DNA of 63,799 nt, the filler included, from Chrysochromulina tobinii (Eukaryota), in the NCBI GenBank assembly GCA_001275005.1. It is 4 parts of 4 records of this genome, joined end to end, with 100 filler letters (N's around TTAATTAATTAA, not from the genome) between each part and the next. Parts side by side here need not be neighbours in the genome. Positions count along the whole stretch, not along the records: positions 42,824 to 56,507 come from JWZX01000452.1; positions 56,608 to 63,799 come from JWZX01000453.1; 2 more parts are not named here. One strand, given 5' to 3'. This document shows, piece after piece, positions 53,463 to 63,799 of this stretch; within the stretch, counting starts at the first letter, position 1, and the number at the start of each line of letters is the position of its first letter. A program made the translations under genes and the position numbers. Below the pieces are notes generated by a model. The model did no database searches, was not told the origin of the DNA, and saw only the letters and a program-made list of their open reading frames with translations.

Positions 53463-54722
53463 TCAAGGATCAGCGTCCCCTGGCACGCGAGTGCAATTCC
53501 GTATGGATCCTCCGCAGAGCTGTCCCAATGTGGTCAGCCTGCAGATAGGGCGAGGAGTGACCCCCCGCCCCCCGGATCCACTCTCGCCTGGGGCAGCGTC
53601 GACCAGCAGCACAGGCGTCTCCAGCAGAGCATTTGGACTCGCCGTCGCATACGTGTCTTGCCATTGGCGGGAGAGTCGTCTCGGCCGTTGACGAAATTGG
53701 GGCGGCAGCGGACGCCCATGCACTCCAGCCCCTCCCCAGAGGGCGCGGCTCACCCGATCATGCACCCCGTGCGCGTGTGCGAGCAGAGGCGCCGTCTCGG
53801 GCGCATGGGACGCCGTCGCGGGCGCGACCGACGCACCTCGCAGACGGAGGTCAGAGAGGCGGTGCGAAAGGCGTGAGCCGTTGGTGACGACGAACGTGAA
53901 TGGATCATGCGAGCCCGCATGGCACATGGTGAACGTGCCACCCCGAGCGCGGAAGGTGCGCACGGCGCCATCTCCTTTGCAAGCATGCAGGCCGAGGAAG
54001 AGCTCGCTTTTGTCGTCCACGTGGACCTCGAGCCCCTCCGTGCCGGCGGATGGCGGCGAGCCCAGATACAGACGATGCAGTGCGGCCTGGTCATCAAGGT
54101 GCTCCGCGCCCTCGGCAGCCGATGACATGCGCTCCAGCGCCGAGAGGAATCGTAGCAGCGTGCCGCTTTGACCCACGAAAGCGCCGCTGTTCGGGTAGCA
54201 GGTGGGTCCATCTCGCCCGCGGCACGCTTGAAAGGCGGTGTGGTTGGCGTACTCGGCCGCGTAGCAGCGTGGCCACGAGTTGCACTCAGACTGGACAGTA
54301 ATGCGTCCAGGCGGACTCGAGGCCGTGCGCAGCCGCGCAGCCAGGCTGTCGCTCACTGGGTTGGCGACGAAGACATCCGAACCATCGGCAAAGACCACAG
54401 GCAGGTCAGGCACGCTCGCTTGCAGGAGCTGTGCCACGCGTCGCGCAGCGGGCAGCTTGACAGCGACGCCACCCCACAGCCGATTCTGCCCTGCGAGGAT
54501 GAGCGGCACCCTGTGGGCAGCAGCTGAGAGCCCAAGAGCCCACGGGCTGCTCACGTCGGTGAGATAGGTCAGGACGACCACTGGCGCGTTGCGTAGGTGC
54601 CGCTGCACCATCGGGATACATTCGACGATCTCATCCTCCCGCAATGGTATTGTCAGCTGTGGGGGCCGGGTGCTCTGTCGTCTGAGCGGCACGATGGCGT
54701 TGATACGAGCGACGGTCCCCAT
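53463..54722 (-). CDS. PLOD/LH3-type glycosyltransferase-domain protein
   Basis: VVFADGSDV, SECNSWP, YPNSGAFVG and DDQ motifs. Confidence 0.72.
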   Translation of the reverse strand: MGTVARINAIVPLRRQSTRPPQLTIPLREDEIVECIPMVQRHLRNAPVVVLTYLTDVSSPWALGLSAAAHRVPLILAGQNRLWGGVAVKLPAARRVAQLLQASVPDLPVVFADGSDVFVANPVSDSLAARLRTASSPPGRITVQSECNSWPRCYAAEYANHTAFQACRGRDGPTCYPNSGAFVGQSGTLLRFLSALERMSSAAEGAEHLDDQAALHRLYLGSPPSAGTEGLEVHVDDKSELFLGLHACKGDGAVRTFRARGGTFTMCHAGSHDPFTFVVTNGSRLSHRLSDLRLRGASVAPATASHAPETAPLLAHAHGVHDRVSRALWGGAGVHGRPLPPQFRQRPRRLSRQWQDTYATASPNALLETPVLLVDAAPGESGSGGRGVTPRPICRLTTLGQLCGGSIRNCTRVPGDADP

Positions 54723-54901
54723 CGCGCGACCCCCAAGAGGGCTTGCATATGGCAGGCCAAAAACTCGTGTGTGAACGTGAAGACTACCCTTTTGGCCGCT
54801 GGGGCCTCTTGGCCGCTGGAACAAACCAGCGGATCGTGTCTTCACGGCACGTGTCACCTGCGGCCAAGCTGCCGTGAACCAAGGTGTGAAGTGCTCTCCA
54901 C

Positions 54902-55789
54902 ATGTGTGAGAGAAACTTTGACTTGCTCTCCTCCTCCATGTTGCTGCTCTCGATGAAGTTTGACCAAGGAAGATCCGAATGGATCTTCGGCAGTCAAGAT
55001 GACTGCTTCTGTTGGAGGGTGGTCGACATCGTGAACAAGGGCCTCGGCGTTGTGGCACGGCGCACAATCCATCGTGGTGAACGGATCATGGCAGAGAGTC
55101 CACTGGCCGTGTGCTCCAAGCAGAACGGCCACCTGCACGACGAGCACATCAACGCCGTGGTCAAGGTTCTCGCCCCAGTCGCCCGAGCGGCTTTCTATCA
55201 GCTCAGCCAAGCCGCACAAGTGCACGGCACATGCAAGACCGCTCCCGGTATCTGGCGATCCAACGCCTACCCCAAAGGCCCACCCGAGGGCAGAGTAGAG
55301 CAGGCTGTCTACCCGGGCATCTGCCGTCTCAACCACTCGTGCGTGCCCAACACGCACAATGCGTGGAGCGAGGTGCTCGGCCAGCAGACAATTCACGCCA
55401 TGCACCGCATCAGCGAAGGCGAAGAGATCACGGTTTCTTATCTCACCCCAGGTCTCGAACGGCACCGTCGACAGCAACACCTGAGGAGCAAGTTTGGGTT
55501 TGAGTGCACCTGCGCGCTATGTTCTCTCGCGGGCGCCTCGCGGGACGCGAGTGACACGCGCCAGCGGCGCATCGCGGCCATTGACGGCGCGCTCTCTGCA
55601 GGTTCGGAAGCGCGCCAAGCGTTAGGAGCACAGATCACAAGCGCGTTCTCGCAGAGCTGCGCCGAGGGCGACCTTGCAGCCGCGGATCATTGGATGCGCC
55701 ACGCGATCAAAGCTGCCAGGAGAGGACTCGGGAGCGATTCCAAAGTTGTACTCGATGCCGAGCGCATCGGCTGTTTTTCGGATGCGTAG
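54902..55789 (+). CDS. SET-domain lysine methyltransferase (SMYD/Set5-like)
   Basis: KGLGVVA..I..GE, RLNHSCVPN, EEITVSY and FGFECTCALC. Confidence 0.9.
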   Translation: MCERNFDLLSSSMLLLSMKFDQGRSEWIFGSQDDCFCWRVVDIVNKGLGVVARRTIHRGERIMAESPLAVCSKQNGHLHDEHINAVVKVLAPVARAAFYQLSQAAQVHGTCKTAPGIWRSNAYPKGPPEGRVEQAVYPGICRLNHSCVPNTHNAWSEVLGQQTIHAMHRISEGEEITVSYLTPGLERHRRQQHLRSKFGFECTCALCSLAGASRDASDTRQRRIAAIDGALSAGSEARQALGAQITSAFSQSCAEGDLAAADHWMRHAIKAARRGLGSDSKVVLDAERIGCFSDA

Positions 55790-56507
55790 GCTTAGCGTAG
55801 GCTCGCGCCGGCAGCGCAGGCCCGGGGGAGGCGATGATCTATTCATCAAGATGGCCGAGATAGACATGCCGAGATAGTAATGAAACGAAACATCACATCA
55901 CCGCGTATCGCTCCAAGGACGCAAGTGGTGCTCCAGTTGCAGGACGCGCTGGAGGTGCTCGTTGTGCTGCACGGTCTGCTATACGTGCTGCTTCAATTTG
56001 ACCTCTTTTCATAGTCATGTGATCAAGATTGGTACTTCAAACGACGCAAACCGGCCATGTGCGAAATCGAGCTCCCCGGTGCGACGAGGCGCACCACCAC
56101 CGTGCACCGACCGCGTTCCGCGCTCTGTCCGGTCCGGTCCCGTCGTGTCGTGTGCCGTGCGGTCTCCTGTCCCCGTCCGGTCTGCCAGGGTACTGCGGCT
56201 GAGCGGTTCTGAGGTCAGGTCGGACCGCTGAGGACATGAAGCTTTTTTTTGCCCAGGAGGTGTCCAGAGGGTGCTTCGAGACTCCCTGGAGTTAGTACGG
56301 GGCCCTCGGAGGCGCGGGGGGGGTTAGGGGGGTTAAAAACAAAAATCGTGAAACGAAGGCCTGAGGAAAAGGGGATCGTGAATCGAAGGCGTTTCGTCAC
56401 TAGAAACCCTATCCATGGCGCACCCTGGCTTCATCGGCGCGGTTGCGTGAGCGGAGCGACTTGTTGAGCTCGCGACCGCCCGGCTCGTGCTCGGAGACGA
56501 AGGAGTA

Positions 56508-56607
56508 NNNNNNNNNNNNNNNNNNNNNNNNNNNNNNNNNNNNNNNNNNNNTTAATTAATTAANNNNNNNNNNNNNNNNNNNNNNNNNNNNNNNNNNNNN
56601 NNNNNNN
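56508..56607. other. Artificial contig-joining spacer
   Basis: N run + TTAATTAATTAA + N run. Confidence 0.97.
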
Positions 56608-57731
56608 ACCAGTGACCCTCATTGCCGACAAGAAGTACCAGATCATCACGGCCCTCATCCCGTACAATTCGAAGCAGGCTGCGACCATCCGCGCGTACAT
56701 GCACGCGAACATCACCATTGACGGCCAGCGTGTCTTCATCTTCCGCGTGGCCAACGGTTGGTCCACCGTCGCCCTCGACGCCACCGAGTCGAATCCGAAA
56801 CTCACCGGCGAGCCGATCATGGTGCTCAAGCTCGCCTACACGAAGTTCAGCGAGTGCCCCGCTGTCAGCACCGTGACGATCAAGTGGGCAGGCTCGGATG
56901 AGATCCTGACGTACGAGGACATCGACCAAATGGAGGCCAAGTTCGACCCGCTTCCGGACCCGCAACCTGATGCTGACCCCGTCACCAACAAGGGCGACGC
57001 CGATTACCTCATGGACAAGCTCAACGAGGTCGATAAGAAGGTCGATGACAAAATCCTCCAACTCGGCAACAAGATCGACGAGGTCACCGGCCAGATGATG
57101 GCCGAGATCGGCGACAAGATGAGATCGCTCCACGGCCAGATGGACTTACTTATCTCTTCGATCCGCAGCGACTCCGTTACTCCTGACAGTCTGGTCCTTA
57201 CTCCTGCTACGGGTCACTCCAAGAAGCAGCGTGTCCGCAAGGGAGGAGGAGAAGCATCTGGCTCTCTCGATCTGAACTGACTGAGCCAATTTCAACCAAG
57301 ACCTTGCGCGATTCCACCTCTGTGTGACGACCTTTGGCGAATCATCCTCAGGTCCTACTGCGGGGAATCTAATCGCGCAGCAAAAGAACTTCGCAAGATT
57401 GCACGAACCTGCTCCATTTTCGCGCAACTCGCTCGTATGCATCCAGACAACATCAACATGCCCATGACTGTGGACATGGAGATGGTCAACTTCACGTTCA
57501 TGTGGGCAGGTGATTGACGATGGATGATTGGGGTTCATAGCTCGTATGTCATGTCCTTGCGACACCTTGGGCCAGAGCACATACAATTGTATGATTGTAT
57601 GTGATACTCAGTGAAGAGGGAGCACACGCAGCTATAGTGTTCTGTGAGTGTGGTAAGGGATACTTGGTGTCATATCAATCCATCGTCGCACGATCATCCG
57701 CGCGGCGCCTTGCGCCGCGCGTTTCGTCTAG
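56608..57731 (+). mobile_element. Putative Helitron 3' portion
   Basis: Perfect hairpin GCGCGGCGC-CTT-GCGCCGCGC (57700-57720), then 7 nt, then CTAG (57728-57731) followed by T. No Rep/Hel ORF or 5' end is visible. Confidence 0.55.
56612..57280 (+). CDS. 5'-truncated hypothetical protein, possibly transposon cargo
   Basis: Open frame with strong C/G third-position bias up to about 57140; short coiled coil; starts at the contig edge. Confidence 0.5.
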   Translation: MTLIADKKYQIITALIPYNSKQAATIRAYMHANITIDGQRVFIFRVANGWSTVALDATESNPKLTGEPIMVLKLAYTKFSECPAVSTVTIKWAGSDEILTYEDIDQMEAKFDPLPDPQPDADPVTNKGDADYLMDKLNEVDKKVDDKILQLGNKIDEVTGQMMAEIGDKMRSLHGQMDLLISSIRSDSVTPDSLVLTPATGHSKKQRVRKGGGEASGSLDLN

Positions 57732-57772
57732 TGTGTGTATTAACATGAATGTTAAGAGCGCGTCGATGCACG

Positions 57773-58612
57773 ATGGACGGGACCACGACCGGCGTACTCT
57801 TTAACATAGCCGCGGCCTCCGCGGCGGGCGCGTGCCAGATATCAATTTTTCACCCTCTCGATTGCTTGCGCATCCGTTGGCAGCTGGCTGGCGGCGACGC
57901 TCGTGGCTGGCTTGCATTCACGATGGACATCGTCCGGAAAGAGGGCTGGTGGCATGGCCTGCATCGGCCGGGCCTGCCAGCAAACCTGCTTGCGGTTGCA
58001 GGTTCGCAAGGTCTGCGATTAGGCGTGTATCCGAGCGTGCGCGACCAGTTACTGGGCGACAGACACTCTCTCTCGGTGGAACCGCACATGATGGCCGTCG
58101 CCGGCTTAGTCAGTGGCTCGCTCGCGTACTTTTTGTCAGCCCCGCTCTGGCTCATCAAGACTCGGTTTCAGGCTGCCGCTCAGATTGGCGGCGCTGGCGG
58201 CATACGCTGGCCCGCGACGCCTTTGGGCTACTGGGTGGGCTGCACGCCCCTTGTCGTGCGAGGGGCAATGCTCACTTCAGGCCACATGGCCGGTTACGAC
58301 GGAACGAAGCGATTTGCAAGGAGTCGTGATTGGGTCCGCGAAGGTCCACTCCTCCACATGTTCGCCGCCATGGTCGCTGGCGTTGCAGCCGCCACGTTGT
58401 CGGCGCCCGCCGACGTGCTCCAGACTCGATTGCAATCTGGCTCATCTGCAGGCCCTCTGCAGTGCGTCGCTGACGTTTGGCGCGCAGATGGCCCATTCGG
58501 CTTCTATCGAGGTTGGAGCGTCAACTGCTTGCGCCTCGTGCCCACATTCATCGTGGGCTCCGTCATTTATGAGCAGGTGCGGAAGTTGCTCGGCTTGGGC
58601 TATTTTGTTTGA
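57773..58612 (+). CDS. Mitochondrial carrier (SLC25 family)
   Basis: Three repeats of PxD/WxxR/KxRxQ (PLDCLRIRWQ, PLWLIKTRFQ, PADVLQTRLQ); GFYRG. Confidence 0.92.
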   Translation: MDGTTTGVLFNIAAASAAGACQISIFHPLDCLRIRWQLAGGDARGWLAFTMDIVRKEGWWHGLHRPGLPANLLAVAGSQGLRLGVYPSVRDQLLGDRHSLSVEPHMMAVAGLVSGSLAYFLSAPLWLIKTRFQAAAQIGGAGGIRWPATPLGYWVGCTPLVVRGAMLTSGHMAGYDGTKRFARSRDWVREGPLLHMFAAMVAGVAAATLSAPADVLQTRLQSGSSAGPLQCVADVWRADGPFGFYRGWSVNCLRLVPTFIVGSVIYEQVRKLLGLGYFV

Positions 58613-59416
58613 AGCACGTCTATGGATAAGGAACGGACCGCCAATGACGGGAGGCCACCAGGTGGGGCCCTGCGGCGCTGCACGCATCGGGTATGGCGAT
58701 TCAGTGTTGAACGAGCCTGATTCGCGCCGGCTGTCGGTGATGGTCGCGTGTGAATGGTCGCATGTGAGGTGTGAATGGTCGCTCACACAGCGTCCGCGAG
58801 TAGGCCGCTCGCTCGGCCCTGGCGCTGGCGGCAGCGCGCGCGCGCGCAGCGGGGGCATCCCAAGCCCCCAAGCCGAGCGCCGAAATCCCCGCACCGGAGA
58901 CAGGGGAGATTTCCAGTTCGCAGCGCCGGGACACGACGGATCGCGGACGGACGAGGATCTCGCCCGCCGCATGTACGCCTGTACTCACAACTCCAATTGC
59001 ACAACTCAGAACTCACATACGTGTTGCGGCTTCGGTGCTGTGCACATCGCCACCGCGCACCCGGGCCGTTTTTGTGTTTTTCAGAGAACATAGTCAAACT
59101 AGAATCCACCTCAAAACTTGATTGAAACCCGTCCGACTCCGCTCGGTGATACGGGCGAAGCACACGCACACCACGGGCGGGGCGTGACGCTGACGGGTGC
59201 GACACGGCGTGTGGGTGCGGCGGGGATGTCAGAAGCACTGCGTGCAACACAAAATACAAAAATGTCCATAGCATCGAATACCTGTTTTCAAGGACGATCA
59301 TGCCCGGTCTCAGTGCCCGGTCGCGGGTCGGTGTCCGGGGCGTCTAAGGCTCACGGGCTGTGGCTCCACGCTCGCATGAGGCCACGTTATGGGCCACGTC
59401 ATGGGCTATGTGACGC

Positions 59417-60076
59417 TCATTTGAACATGAGGCTGAGCTCTCGCTTGGCAGATTCCACACCATCCTGACAACATGGGAATCGACCACGCAGTCATCAGCG
59501 TCGCCTAACCGCTCACTCTTTGAGCCCGTGGTTTCAGGATTTGCGGTTGCGGCCGTTGCTTACACTGCCGTGCGCCGCATTGCGCTGCTGATCCGTGCCA
59601 AATAGCGCCCGCACGCTCTTGGGCGCCTTCTCACGTGCTACCGCCGAGTTGGTCGGGCCAAGCAAGGTGCGCCACCGCTTGACTGCGTCCGATCCCGAGA
59701 GCTCGAGCTTGATGACAGGACCACTGCTCATGAACCGGACCAGGTCGGGGAAAAAGGAGCGTTCGGCGTGCTCGGCATAGAAGGTCTCACACTGGCGGCG
59801 CGAGAGCCGGCAGCGCTCCTCACGCTCGATGGTGAGCCCAGCTCCATCAATCATCGCTTTGATCCCATTCACCGTTGCACTGTCCTTGGCGACATCGGGC
59901 TTGAGCATCGCAAAGGTGCGTTCGGTCGCGCCACCGCGCAGCACACAGACCCGCGCTACCAGTGATGACGGTGTGCTGGGCGTTGAGGAGGCCGTGCAAA
60001 TGCGCCGCGGCGTCACGGTTGCGCCCAGGGCCACGCTGACCAGGGCCACGATGAGGAGGCCGAGGGCGCGGGCCAT
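59417..60076 (-). CDS. Nucleoside diphosphate kinase with bipartite N-terminal leader (exons 60076-59564, 59464-59417)
   Basis: ERTFAMLKPD, FY.EH, FMSSGP and NAAHGS|DGVESAKREL across the GT-AG intron 59465-59563. Confidence 0.92.
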
Positions 60077-60263
60077 TTTTTCTCCTCGTGGGAATCTCCC
60101 GCGCGAGCGGGGGCTTCTTGACGAATCTACGCCAGGCGTGCACAGCAACTTACGTGCTCGACAGCGGTAGCCGCAAATTTCTCAAACTTTTTAGAATCGC
60201 ACGCGCGGCGGCGGAGACCCGCCACACCCACGCCGCCGCTCACCACAACCAGACGCGTCGCGA

Positions 60264-60446
60264 ATGCTGCCCACCTTTGCTCGTCGCGTGCTTGCCGACA
60301 TGCGCTCGAGCGACTGGAGCTTCTACGGCGGCACTTACGCAGCCATTCTTGCGTCAATGGTTGCTGCTGGCGGAGCCGCCATGTACCTGATCGGGCCTCT
60401 GGCTGATGCGGCAGAAATACAGGCGCGGCGCAGGCGGCGCAACTAA
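60264..60446 (+). CDS. Putative small single-TM protein (60 aa)
   Basis: ATG-initiated, presequence-like N-terminus, one TM, basic tail; divergent from NDPK at the typical ~190 bp spacing. Confidence 0.4.
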   Translation: MLPTFARRVLADMRSSDWSFYGGTYAAILASMVAAGGAAMYLIGPLADAAEIQARRRRRN

Positions 60447-61044
60447 TATCATTGTCCGTCGCATTAGACATTCGAACCTCGCTTCCACCTGCAAAGAGGC
60501 GCCCAGTCGATTGCTGTTTGCTCGTCGCCGCTCTGTTCGACATTGTTCTATAGGAGCTTGGGCGCCGCAACCAAGAGGCCTCCAAGGCACACGTCCACGA
60601 TTCTGGTATATCTTCACACCAGGAGCCCGCTCGGCCGCAGAGGCCGCACACGAGAGACGCCGCGCGCACGTGTGCGCCGTCCTCCCGCGCCCCGGGGACC
60701 GGTCGAGTCGAGTCGCGCCGCGCTCGCCGGGTTCGGGCGCGGCGGCCAGCCGGCCCCCGCCGCTACCCCCCGGGCGGGGCCGACATACAAGTTACAACGG
60801 TCGTGAACTCAGTTTTAACAAGAACAGATTTACAGAACATCGCACAACTCCTTGACAACTCGAACTCCGGCTCTGCTACCGCGGCCGTCCGCGGCTCGGC
60901 TTGACAGGTTGAAGCCCCCCGACGATACCTCACAGAAGCTCCCTACGGTGTCGCACGGGGTGGCCGCGGCGGGCGGTACTGTCTACTGAACCGAACCTGT
61001 CTAAACGACCCCCGACGGAGTGGCCGAAGGGACACGGGTACTGT

Positions 61045-62100
61045 CTACTGAACCGGGCGCGCCGAAGCAACCCTTCGGCGTGTCATCACGAACCTTAGGT
61101 CCAGTGGCCCTGTGGACCTCCAGCCACCACGCAGCGTGAGCGCTCTCCGGAGCGCCTCGCCGTCGGCCTCAAGGACAAAGTGGTCGCCCAGCGTCTCGTC
61201 CACAGCCGCCTCGAGAGCATCCGGACGAGCGACCTCAAAGGGAGTGCGCACAAACGCGGTCCGATACTGGCCTTCGAGAGGGGTCTCGCCACGCTCATCT
61301 TGCCAGCCGCGACAGTTCGTGAGGCGGCGCGTCCCTGCATGAACCCTGACCTGTCGCCCTCGCCGGATGACCGGTTCAAAGCCAAAGCGGTCGAGCGTGA
61401 GCGCGAGGAGAGGCTTGTTGATCGTACCGGTTGTGGGCTGCAGCGATGCTGTGATGCACATGCGCAGCCACGCGGCCAGCAGCACGCGCGAGAGGCCACG
61501 GCCGCGAAGATCCTCGCTGATTTGCATTCCACGAAGAGCCGAGGCGTCCTCCTTAGCTGCAAGTAGCATGTAGCCAACGCGACGACGCTTCTCCGACGTT
61601 CTGTTGACGAAGAGGAGCTTGCAACACGGTTCGTCCGGATTTCGGTCGAGCGCAAAGTCCACATCGAGCGCGAGCAGGTTGCTTAAGTCATCAAAGGTGC
61701 CCAGACGCCAACACGCGTCGCGGCCACATCCAACTTTCCTCAATGTGCGCAGGCAAGGCGGTGCGCCATGTAGCTTGCCTGGCGCGTTTAGGCATTCTGC
61801 GGGAACATCCTGCAGTGCACGCCACGCTGGCGGTGCCTGCACAGAGACGGCGTGTAGCGGGTTGTACAGCACCATGAGAGGAGGGACACCCGATACCGGG
61901 ACTCGTCTTTGTGAGCCGGACTCGTGTGGCAACTGGGACGCCGCCACGGCGCCTGCGCTGGGCGCGTGCGCTGGGAGCCGACCCGCCTCCCCCTGTGTGA
62001 ACGTGAACTCGACACACGCGACCGGCACTGTCACATGTACTGCCCTGTGTGTATACGAAAGGGCCCACCGTTCACGTTGAATTTCCTTAAGAATTTCCAT
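61045..62100 (-). CDS. GNAT-family acetyltransferase-like protein
   Basis: Motif A ALRGMQISEDLRGRGLSRVLL, followed by LDRFGFE. Confidence 0.7.
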   Translation of the reverse strand: MEILKEIQRERWALSYTHRAVHVTVPVACVEFTFTQGEAGRLPAHAPSAGAVAASQLPHESGSQRRVPVSGVPPLMVLYNPLHAVSVQAPPAWRALQDVPAECLNAPGKLHGAPPCLRTLRKVGCGRDACWRLGTFDDLSNLLALDVDFALDRNPDEPCCKLLFVNRTSEKRRRVGYMLLAAKEDASALRGMQISEDLRGRGLSRVLLAAWLRMCITASLQPTTGTINKPLLALTLDRFGFEPVIRRGRQVRVHAGTRRLTNCRGWQDERGETPLEGQYRTAFVRTPFEVARPDALEAAVDETLGDHFVLEADGEALRRALTLRGGWRSTGPLDLRFVMTRRRVASARPVQ

Positions 62101-62152
62101 CTCTCGCGACCGGTGCGGTTCCGGGGAGTGAAAAGTTGACGGTGTGAACCGC

Positions 62153-63157
62153 TCATATCCAGACCTCATGGGAACCGGACGCACTCTTGGTCTTGGGTGG
62201 ACCGAAGTAGTACTTCTTCAACGGCATGACATAGTCGTCGTCGTTCGCGCATGTAGCCTTGGGCACGCCCCCAAGTGTCTTGGGCCGCGGCTTGTTGGGT
62301 TGCGCCCGCGCGAGAATCGGCGGCGCTGGGTGCAGTCTCTCCCTAGCCTCTATGCTACTAAGCGATGGGATTTTGAGTCGCGGCACGATATTGATTCGCA
62401 ACGTATTTGAAGGCGCCCACCCCGCAAACAGCTCGAGCCCGTGCCACGAGATCGTGTGCTCTCCCGGCTGCTCAAAGGTGTGCCGCGTCATTGCCCATTG
62501 TAGATCCACGCCAGGGCCCGAGTCTGCGGCAGCGGCGGCAGCCTCGTCACGATGCATCAGGCAGCGTGCAAGCTCTACGAAGTCGTCCCTAGCCATCCGC
62601 TCGCCGCCTGCGAGCCGACGCAGAGCGGCACTCCTCTCCCACGCTCCGACGTCGGCCAAGAGCACCTGCGCGTTGTGGCCATGGCCAATATCGAGCTTCC
62701 CGAGCGCCAACCAGAGCTGATCCAGAGAAATCGTGTCGCTGCCTTTGTCCACGGCGAGGTTGTCAAAGTCAGCACGAGCTCGCTCTAGTGCGGCCGGATT
62801 GGAAACACTCCCAGCTGGGACATGCAGCTTGCCGTCGATGTACTCGCCAAGTACGGCCTTTTGGTGGCCAGCGCGATGAAGTGGCTGTGCAAGTGGAGAC
62901 AGCACCTCATACACGTGAACGACCAGAATCTCTTCTCCAGCAGCAGCATTCTTCGTCCTCGTGAAGATGCTCCGGCGCTGCGCGCTTTTGAGCGGCGTCG
63001 CAGAAAGCACCGCGAGACACTCAAGAATGCATTCGCACTCGGCAGCACTAAACGCGCAACCATTTGCTAATTCCTGGATGGACAGCTGGCCACCATGAAC
63101 ATTGGGCAGCGATGCATTCACTGGCACCTCATGGACAGAGCTCTCTGCAGCGCCCAT
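62153..63157 (-). CDS. Hypothetical protein with N-myristoylation motif and degenerate EF-hand-like segments
   Basis: MGAAESS start; DKGSDTISLDQL and MARDDFVEL segments. Confidence 0.5.
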   Translation of the reverse strand: MGAAESSVHEVPVNASLPNVHGGQLSIQELANGCAFSAAECECILECLAVLSATPLKSAQRRSIFTRTKNAAAGEEILVVHVYEVLSPLAQPLHRAGHQKAVLGEYIDGKLHVPAGSVSNPAALERARADFDNLAVDKGSDTISLDQLWLALGKLDIGHGHNAQVLLADVGAWERSAALRRLAGGERMARDDFVELARCLMHRDEAAAAAADSGPGVDLQWAMTRHTFEQPGEHTISWHGLELFAGWAPSNTLRINIVPRLKIPSLSSIEARERLHPAPPILARAQPNKPRPKTLGGVPKATCANDDDYVMPLKKYYFGPPKTKSASGSHEVWI

Positions 63158-63799
63158 GACGGCACACACAATATCTGCAGGTCGAAGGCGCGTTCAAGCC
63201 GCAAAAGCACAATGCTCCCGCTGGCCGGCTTTCTCGACCTGACCTGGGCACGCCCTTGACCGGAGCTACTCGACAGGTCGTCCTTGTGTGTCGTCCACAT
63301 CTCTCTCATCCACACACCTTTTCGCTTCAACCAAAACTTGAGGTGACCTTTACATGTACCCGGTAAAAAGACACCGGGGGGAGCCGGTACATGTACCAGG
63401 AAGTCAGACAGCACGTAGGCCACCTTCGTCGTGAGGACTTCGAAATGTTCCGCGGTGTGGTGACCTTTTCCGTTTTTCTTTTCCCGTTTCCCAAACTTTT
63501 CGCTTGCGACGCTCTTCCTTTTCGTCCTTGTGGAGCCTCGGCGTACACTTGGCACACATCCGCACCCGAGTGCAGATCGACGAGTCTGCGCCCCGAGGAC
63601 CTCCGACTACCGATAGACAGAGCGTCGCGCACTGGGCGTGCACGCCATGGGCACCAACATCACCAATGGCACGCAATGGACGTTTCTCGACATGAACCTC
63701 ACTGACCTCTGCAATGCCACCAATGTCACCAATGCTCACTGCAACGCCACGAATGCCACCGATGTGAGTTTTCGTGACCGCTGCAATCCCCCGGGCGGC

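Noticed and set aside
56315..56412. TTAGGG/CCCTA telomere-like motifs and a second CTAG end
   Set aside because: Only isolated copies and no clean hairpin; probably a repeat edge at the contig end, but not classifiable.
63640..63765. Degenerate 9-bp CACCAATG repeats at the window end
   Set aside because: Short and truncated by the window edge; a coding low-complexity repeat cannot be told from a satellite.

Overview
GC-rich, gene-dense eukaryotic nuclear DNA with spliceosomal GT-AG introns. The gene content and intron style suggest a haptophyte alga such as Chrysochromulina (inference). The window is four contigs joined by artificial N-TTAATTAATTAA-N spacers (about 27353, 42724 and 56508), so adjacency across them is not biological. 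About 30 protein-coding genes are supported, many as tight head-to-head pairs: a Pro-rich TRP/Flc-like membrane protein, ASCC2-like, NCKX exchanger, TPR protein, SUDS3-like, NEK kinase, aspartic protease, sterol desaturase-like, RGS-like/FSP1-like oxidoreductase, LRR-globin, Sfi1-like, DENN-PDZ, DnaJ, Flattop, AGC kinase, ATP12, MpaB-like oxygenase, SET protein, SLC25 carrier, NDPK and GNAT. The most notable signal is a family of eight introns filled with sense-strand CTGATGAC-type minisatellites. Four of them are bracketed by 9-22 bp direct repeats across both splice junctions, pointing to a duplication-plus-repeat-filler route of intron gain. Other highlights are a bipolar, largely helically phased array of 29 CGTCTCACA boxes with a possible 8-bp target-site duplication, a Helitron-type 3' end followed by a 20-mer that recurs exactly on another contig, and several unusual domain fusions.
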